DNA of 64,000 nucleotides from Amoebidium appalachense (lineage: Eukaryota; Protista; Ichthyosporea), in the NCBI GenBank assembly GCA_963693365.1, contig CAVNZM010000015.1:3286001-3350000 (forward strand), given 5' to 3'. Both the position numbers and the translations under genes were made by a program. Under the pieces are notes generated by a model. The model saw only the letters and a list, made by a program, of their open reading frames with translations, made no database searches and was not told where the DNA came from. Shown one piece after another: positions 47,494-64,000 of the stretch; position 1 is the first letter of the stretch; the number at the start of each line of letters is the position of its first letter.

Positions 47494-47945
47494 CAGGGGG
47501 TGACTGAAATCAAGATCATTGGTACTTTGAAAATAGAGGCTAATTATCTTAAAATTTTCAGGGGCCATAGCCTAAATGATCTTAAAATTTTACTTTGTTT
47601 GGGTTGTTTCCGGGGGGAGGGGGGGGGGGAGGGGGGGGGGGGGGGGGGCTGTGCGTGCGCACGCGCGCGCATGCGTGTGTGTGTGCATGTATGCCAGGGT
47701 GTGTGTATGTATGTGTGTGTGTCTGCGCATGAGCTGCATGTATGTGTGTGTATATATGTATGTGTATGTGAACGAATTTAGTCGATGTGTATGTATGCGT
47801 GCTTGCACATGCGCGCGTGCGCGAGTGCGTTTGTGTGTGTCTGGGCATGCTTGCGCGTCTCAGTGAGCGTGGGGTGTGAGTATGATGCCATATGTGCATC
47901 TCTCTCTCTCGGCCCCCCCTCCCCCCTCCCCCTTCCCCTCGTCCT

Positions 47946-48015
<70 letters not shown>

Positions 48016-48519
48016 CCCCGGGCCCCCCTCTCTCTCTGTCTGTCTCTGTCTCTCTCTCATGCGCGTGCGCGCGCGCGCGTCACAGTATGTGTGTGTGTGT
48101 TTGTGTTTGTGTGTTTGTGTGTTTATGTGTATGTGTGTGTGTGTGTGTGTGTGTGACTGTGTGTGTGTGTGTGTGTGTGACTGTGTGTGTGTGTGTGTGT
48201 CTGTGTGTGTGTGTGTGTGTGTGTGTATGTTTGTGCATCATGATACTATAATTATGTGTGAGCGTGTGCTTGACAATTTCAATCGTGCCACCTTCATACC
48301 GATCTGTTCGACCGTGAGTTGCTCTCAGTCTGTGTGTCACAGCAACATATTCACGGTGCACACACGTCACTTAAATATGAATATGTGCCCCTCCCCGTTT
48401 ACTATTTGACTTTCGATTGCATCGGTGTGAAAGCTAGTAGTAAATACTGAAAACCCTCTGCCCCCTCCCTCCCCACATTCTCAGTTTTCTTTTCTTTTCT
48501 TTCTTCTCTTTTTCTTTTT

Positions 48520-48550
<31 letters not shown>

Positions 48551-49135
48551 GGAGGATGTGTACGTTTGTGGATGGGGGAAGGGGGAGGGGGGGGGGGGGG
48601 GGTGCAGAGGGGAGGGAGGCTTCTTCTCATATGGGTGGTGGGTCGCCCCCCCCCCCCCCCCCCCCACCTCCCCTTCCCCTCCCCCCTCCCCCCCCCCCCC
48701 CACACACACACACAGTTGGCGGTTCGAAATACCCCATACCCTTCAACTCCCCCCCCCCCCCCCCCCCCCCCCCCGCCCCTCCCGACACCCCCCCCCCCCC
48801 CCCCCACTCCCAATTGGAACACTCGGTTAGAGGTGAGGAAGACCAGGGCGGTGACAGTGGTGTAGCATTTTAATCAATGTATGTCTTCTCCCTAGCCACC
48901 AAAACATTGTCAGGGCGTGCACGTGACTCGCCCCTTGTTCTGTGCAACATCCGAGGCTCCCCCCTCCCCCTCACCCCCTCCCCCTCCCCCTCCCCCCCCC
49001 CCCCCCCCCCCCCTTCCCCCCCAATGATATTAAATATCCACCAGGTTTGTTAGACCATATTATCTTATTTTTGGGGGGAAAAAATTAGCACTATTTATTT
49101 TAATTTCAAATTATCTTAATATTAGTCACCCCCTG
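47494..49135. mobile_element. Tc1/mariner-type non-autonomous element, about 1.64 kb
   Basis: TA|CAGGGGGTGACT ... AGTCACCCCCTG|TA: perfect 12-bp termini, weaker similarity extending about 40 bp further, TA TSD. Interior is mostly microsatellite. Confidence 0.75.
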
Positions 49136-51010
<1,875 letters not shown>

Positions 51011-51995
51011 GCGGCCTCAACTCGGACCCCTCCGACCTTCAAGCCAAATTCCGGAATTTGACCAGCTAGCCTACCCGTATTTCAATGCCCACAAAAACCA
51101 TAATAAATACATGTATTTTGAATCAAGGCTAAAAAATAGTTGCTGTATACATATATCAAAAACCTAATAAATCAAAAAGTATGGGTTTTAATAGCAAAAA
51201 AACCCCCCAAAACGACTGTCCCAAAAGGGCACGCGCTACGTACGTACGCGAAGGGGCGCCAAATCGCGGAACGGAATATGCGATCATCCGACGGTTTCGC
51301 AAGGGAAATCACTAAAAAATGGGTGCGACATTCACTATTTCGGTAAAGTTTTCATAAAGTTTACAACCAACAATGGAATGCTCATTTAATGAACAAAATC
51401 GGCAAGAACTATAAAACAGATTCCAGCTATGATTGGCCATATAACGTCCTCATTTTTTACCAAAAAGCGTTTGCCAATCTTAGAGGGCCCAGTTCAGAGC
51501 TGAGAGGGGATACATCACCGGCTAGCTCTTGAAAGGGCTCATGAAATCGAATCAAAACACAGGAAACTGCCCGTCTCCGTAAACCAAGATCTAGGAGTTT
51601 TACAACGCGCTCAAAATGAGTCTTCATCTTACAAGGAAGAAAAAGCGCAAAAGATTATTAAAATTCCTGGGGCAAAAGATTTGAATTCTACTCCATTTTT
51701 GGCACAACTCCAAGAGCAACAATATGCAAAATTTCCGAAACAGTACACTTCCTGCTTAGGCAACATTTTCGGTTGTAACCCATTCGAACATACTTTCAAG
51801 GGTATTGGGTGGATATGGCAAAAAATTCCTGGCATTCCATGGTACCTTGTCTGTGCAGGCAGGGATGACGTCATGGCGATGACGCAACTTTCATATGCAT
51901 TCTGACGGTATAAATACCAGAAATCTGGCGATTCCTGGTGACTTTTTTCAAAGTTTCACTTAAATTTTATTTATAGATCTAGACCCTCACACGTA

Positions 51996-52299
51996 ACGGT
52001 GTGCACGCGCTGCGATGGACTTTCTGTCGCGGCGCCTCGACGGTTCGATAGAGTCCAGTGTTCGCTCTCACACGTACTGACGGTGTGCACGCGCTGCGAT
52101 GAACTTGACGTTCGCTGCTCAGATTTTTCCTTACACTCTCGCGACCGCGTGCATGCTTTCTGTCGCGGCGCCTCGACGGTTCGATAGAGTCCAGTGTTCG
52201 CTGAATGTGTAAGGAAAAATAAGGAGCTATCTCAGTAGGTGGCAGGTGTTCGCTGAATGTGTAAGGCAAAAATAAGGAGCCATCTCAGTAGGTGGCAGG
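51996..52299. repeat. cluster of short exact duplications
   Basis: acggtgtgcacgcgctgcgatg x2; tttctgtcgcggcgcctcgacggttcgatagagtccagtgttcgct x2; gtgttcgctgaatgtgtaagg.aaaaataaggagc.atctcagtaggtggcagg x2 in tandem; inverted atttttccttacac / gtgtaaggaaaaat. Confidence 0.85.
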
Positions 52300-52605
52300 G
52301 TTAGACCTGGGTATAGATAGCTACAAGCACGTGTCGTGATTGCCAAACATCTTCCAAGGGTCACTGAGAACTTCAGCAACTTTTCCTCTGCATGGATATC
52401 GATGATAATATGTAGTCAGCCTGCACTCTCCGCCAACCGTTTTCTTTTTTCTTTTTTTCTTTTCTTTTCCTTTTTTTGGGTGTTTGTTCATGTACAGCCA
52501 GCTGCAGGCTAGCTAGCTCTACCGTACTGGGTACGTTTGGAAGGCGCCAAACACGCGCACGTGTGCACGTGTGCACGTGTGTGTGTTTGTGTGTGTGTGC
52601 GCGTG

Positions 52606-52648
<43 letters not shown>

Positions 52649-52768
52649 CTGTGTGTATGTGTGTGGTACGCGTACGTGTCAAGTGTGTGTACATGTGTGT
52701 GTGACGCGTGTGTGCACGTGTGTCACGTTGTAATATGTGTGTACGTGTGCACGTACACATGTGTGACG

Positions 52769-52799
<31 letters not shown>

Positions 52800-53085
52800 G
52801 GGGGGGGAGCCGAACTGGGGGGGGGGGGGGGGGGGAGGGGGAGGGGGGAGGGCTGGGGGAGCCTCGGGGGCATCGGTGGCCCCGCTCAGCTCGAGGTCCG
52901 AGGTTCGTGCACGGTTAATTAGCGTTACAGATGATTATGCATGTGCGGGGAGGGATTCGTACCATCATGATCATGTAGTTAACTCAATGTCAATTACACA
53001 AAGCTATAGCTAAGTTAGTTAAACCTGAATCTATCTATAAATCGATCTGTACACACACACACACACACAAAATGTACACACACAC

Positions 53086-53152
<67 letters not shown>

Positions 53153-53568
53153 TTGGGGTTTACATCACTCTTATATGGACAAATTATAACCAACGAACGT
53201 AGATCCGATGATGCATAGACAGTACATTGCACATACCGTAAACTTTCTGTTCATGATGTGCACCGAGCCCATTCAAGAGGTCTCAGAAGTTCAATTTGTA
53301 TCGACCGGTACCCATAATAATCATTCTTGTATTGATGCCGTCACCGTGAGTCATGCATGGCAAAAGTAGCGTATTAGTTGATCAATGAGAGGCCATATCA
53401 TGGCCACATAATGATAATCAATCTCAACGTGCACCCGACTCCAAAATCTGTTCCAAACAAATATTTCGAAGTGATCACACGAGGCACTACCTTCGAGGCA
53501 CTACCTTTCTTACGAGCTGTCTTTGTACTTTTTATGCACCTGGCTTATGGTAATCATAGGCCAATACT

Positions 53569-53633
<65 letters not shown>

Positions 53634-54373
53634 CGGTGACTATATTGATCACACTAGAGCCTGTCACATTCTACCGTTGCAAAGTAGAGCCACATACTGA
53701 AAGATATGGGTGCTGCCGCAAAATCCACTCACTATTATTTCCATTCGCACTTTTGCACTGTGATAGTACTGGTGGCAACGTGAGCCTTAGGTCCATTCAT
53801 TGTTACATTCACCATATATATCAGATGATTGCAAATACCTGCCATATATTGAATCACTGAGGTTCGAATAGTTTACAAGTGACGATCATATACGAATACT
53901 CATATATTTATGCAGCAAGACACATGTGCGTATCCAATCAAATTGCTTTCATTCGAAGCTTGAGAGCACTAAATTAATAGTATTCACTGTTCAGTGCCAT
54001 ATTAGTATTGCGATCACCCAATGGCATAAATACAGAACATACTGAAGAAGGTTCAAACCAAGCACTGGCATGCGTATAAGACGGTTCTAAAGATCATGTC
54101 CTTCCTCAGCCCTGGCCCAGTTTGAAAGCATAACTCAGTCACAAACATTTTTTTTCATACCGTGCCCGAAAGTTATCCCCCCCCCCCCCCCCCCAAAACC
54201 CCCCCCAAAACCCCCCCCCCCCAAAAAAAAATAGGGCCCCGGGACTCCAGTAAACCTATGTCGGAGTAAAGCCTGTGTAAGCCCAAATCAAATATCAACA
54301 TAATTAGAACATGTCCCACATGTGCTCACTTAGTAACCAAAAACACTCACCTTTCAATGACATTGACATGCAT

Positions 54374-63341
<8,968 letters not shown>

Positions 63342-63767
63342 CTTTAATATGGAGAAATGGGGTGTTGGTTAGAGAAAGAATAATGGGGTGTCGGGTGAAT
63401 GCGCGCGCGCTTGGTTAGAGAAAGAATAATGGGGTGTCGGGTGAATCGCGCGCGAGCGTGCGTGTATATGTGTGTGTGTTGTGTGCGTGATTGGCCAAAT
63501 CGATGGGGTGTGTGTGATTGTGGAAATCAGGGGGGTGGCTAAGCGTTTGCGCGTGTTCGTTATTGGAGAAATCAGGTGAGAGGGAGGGAGGGGGGGGGGG
63601 GGGGAGGGGAGTTGTGGAGTTGGGTGTGCGTCCGTTTTTGTGATTGCAGGGATCGGGGGGGGAAGGGGGGGGGGGGGGGGGGGGGGGGGAGGGAGCGAGG
63701 GGGGGGAGGTATGTGTGCATGTTCGTACTTGGGGAGATTGGGGGGGAAGGGGGGGGGGGGGGGGGGG

Positions 63768-63810
<43 letters not shown>

Positions 63811-63869
63811 CGCGTGCGTGAGAGGGGGGGAGAGAGAGAGAGAGAAAGAGAGAGAGGGGGGGGGGGGGG

Positions 63870-63950
<81 letters not shown>

Positions 63951-64000
63951 TGTGTGTGTGTGTGTGTGTGGTGTGTGTGATTGGAGAGACCAAGTGCACA

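Noticed and set aside
51060-51980. AT-rich unique tract resembling a DNA-transposon end
   Set aside because: No matching terminus, TSD or transposase found in the window.

Overview
Eukaryotic, intron-rich DNA packed with simple repeats ((CA)n/(GT)n, (GA)n, poly-G/poly-C). Almost all ORFs in the supplied track are microsatellite artefacts. The lineage is not established; a unicellular opisthokont is a guess from NDUFS7 residues and the MUN-domain gene. By hand I reconstructed five genes. (1) A one-intron, bacterial-type NYN/LabA ribonuclease + OST-HTH/LOTUS protein with two C-terminal repeats, broken by one extra C in a homopolymer (+, 2843-5689). (2) Complex I subunit NDUFS7/PSST, 8 exons (+, 7759-17686). 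(3) Casein kinase II alpha, 11 exons (+, 21544-31934). (4) A single-finger C2H2 zinc-finger protein, 2 exons (-, 41241-43212). (5) The 3' part of a Munc13-like MUN-domain gene, at least 8 exons (-, 54374 to beyond 63341). Non-coding structure: a poly-C-bounded repeat family seen in introns and always in the host gene's sense orientation; introns with complementary G/GT-rich 5' halves and C/CA-rich 3' halves; arrays of a palindromic GCAGAAnnnTTCTGC motif within a nested inverted-repeat complex (33.3-39.3 kb); several non-autonomous TIR elements; and a 2-kb TGCA-based minisatellite. All homology calls come from motif recognition, not database searches.
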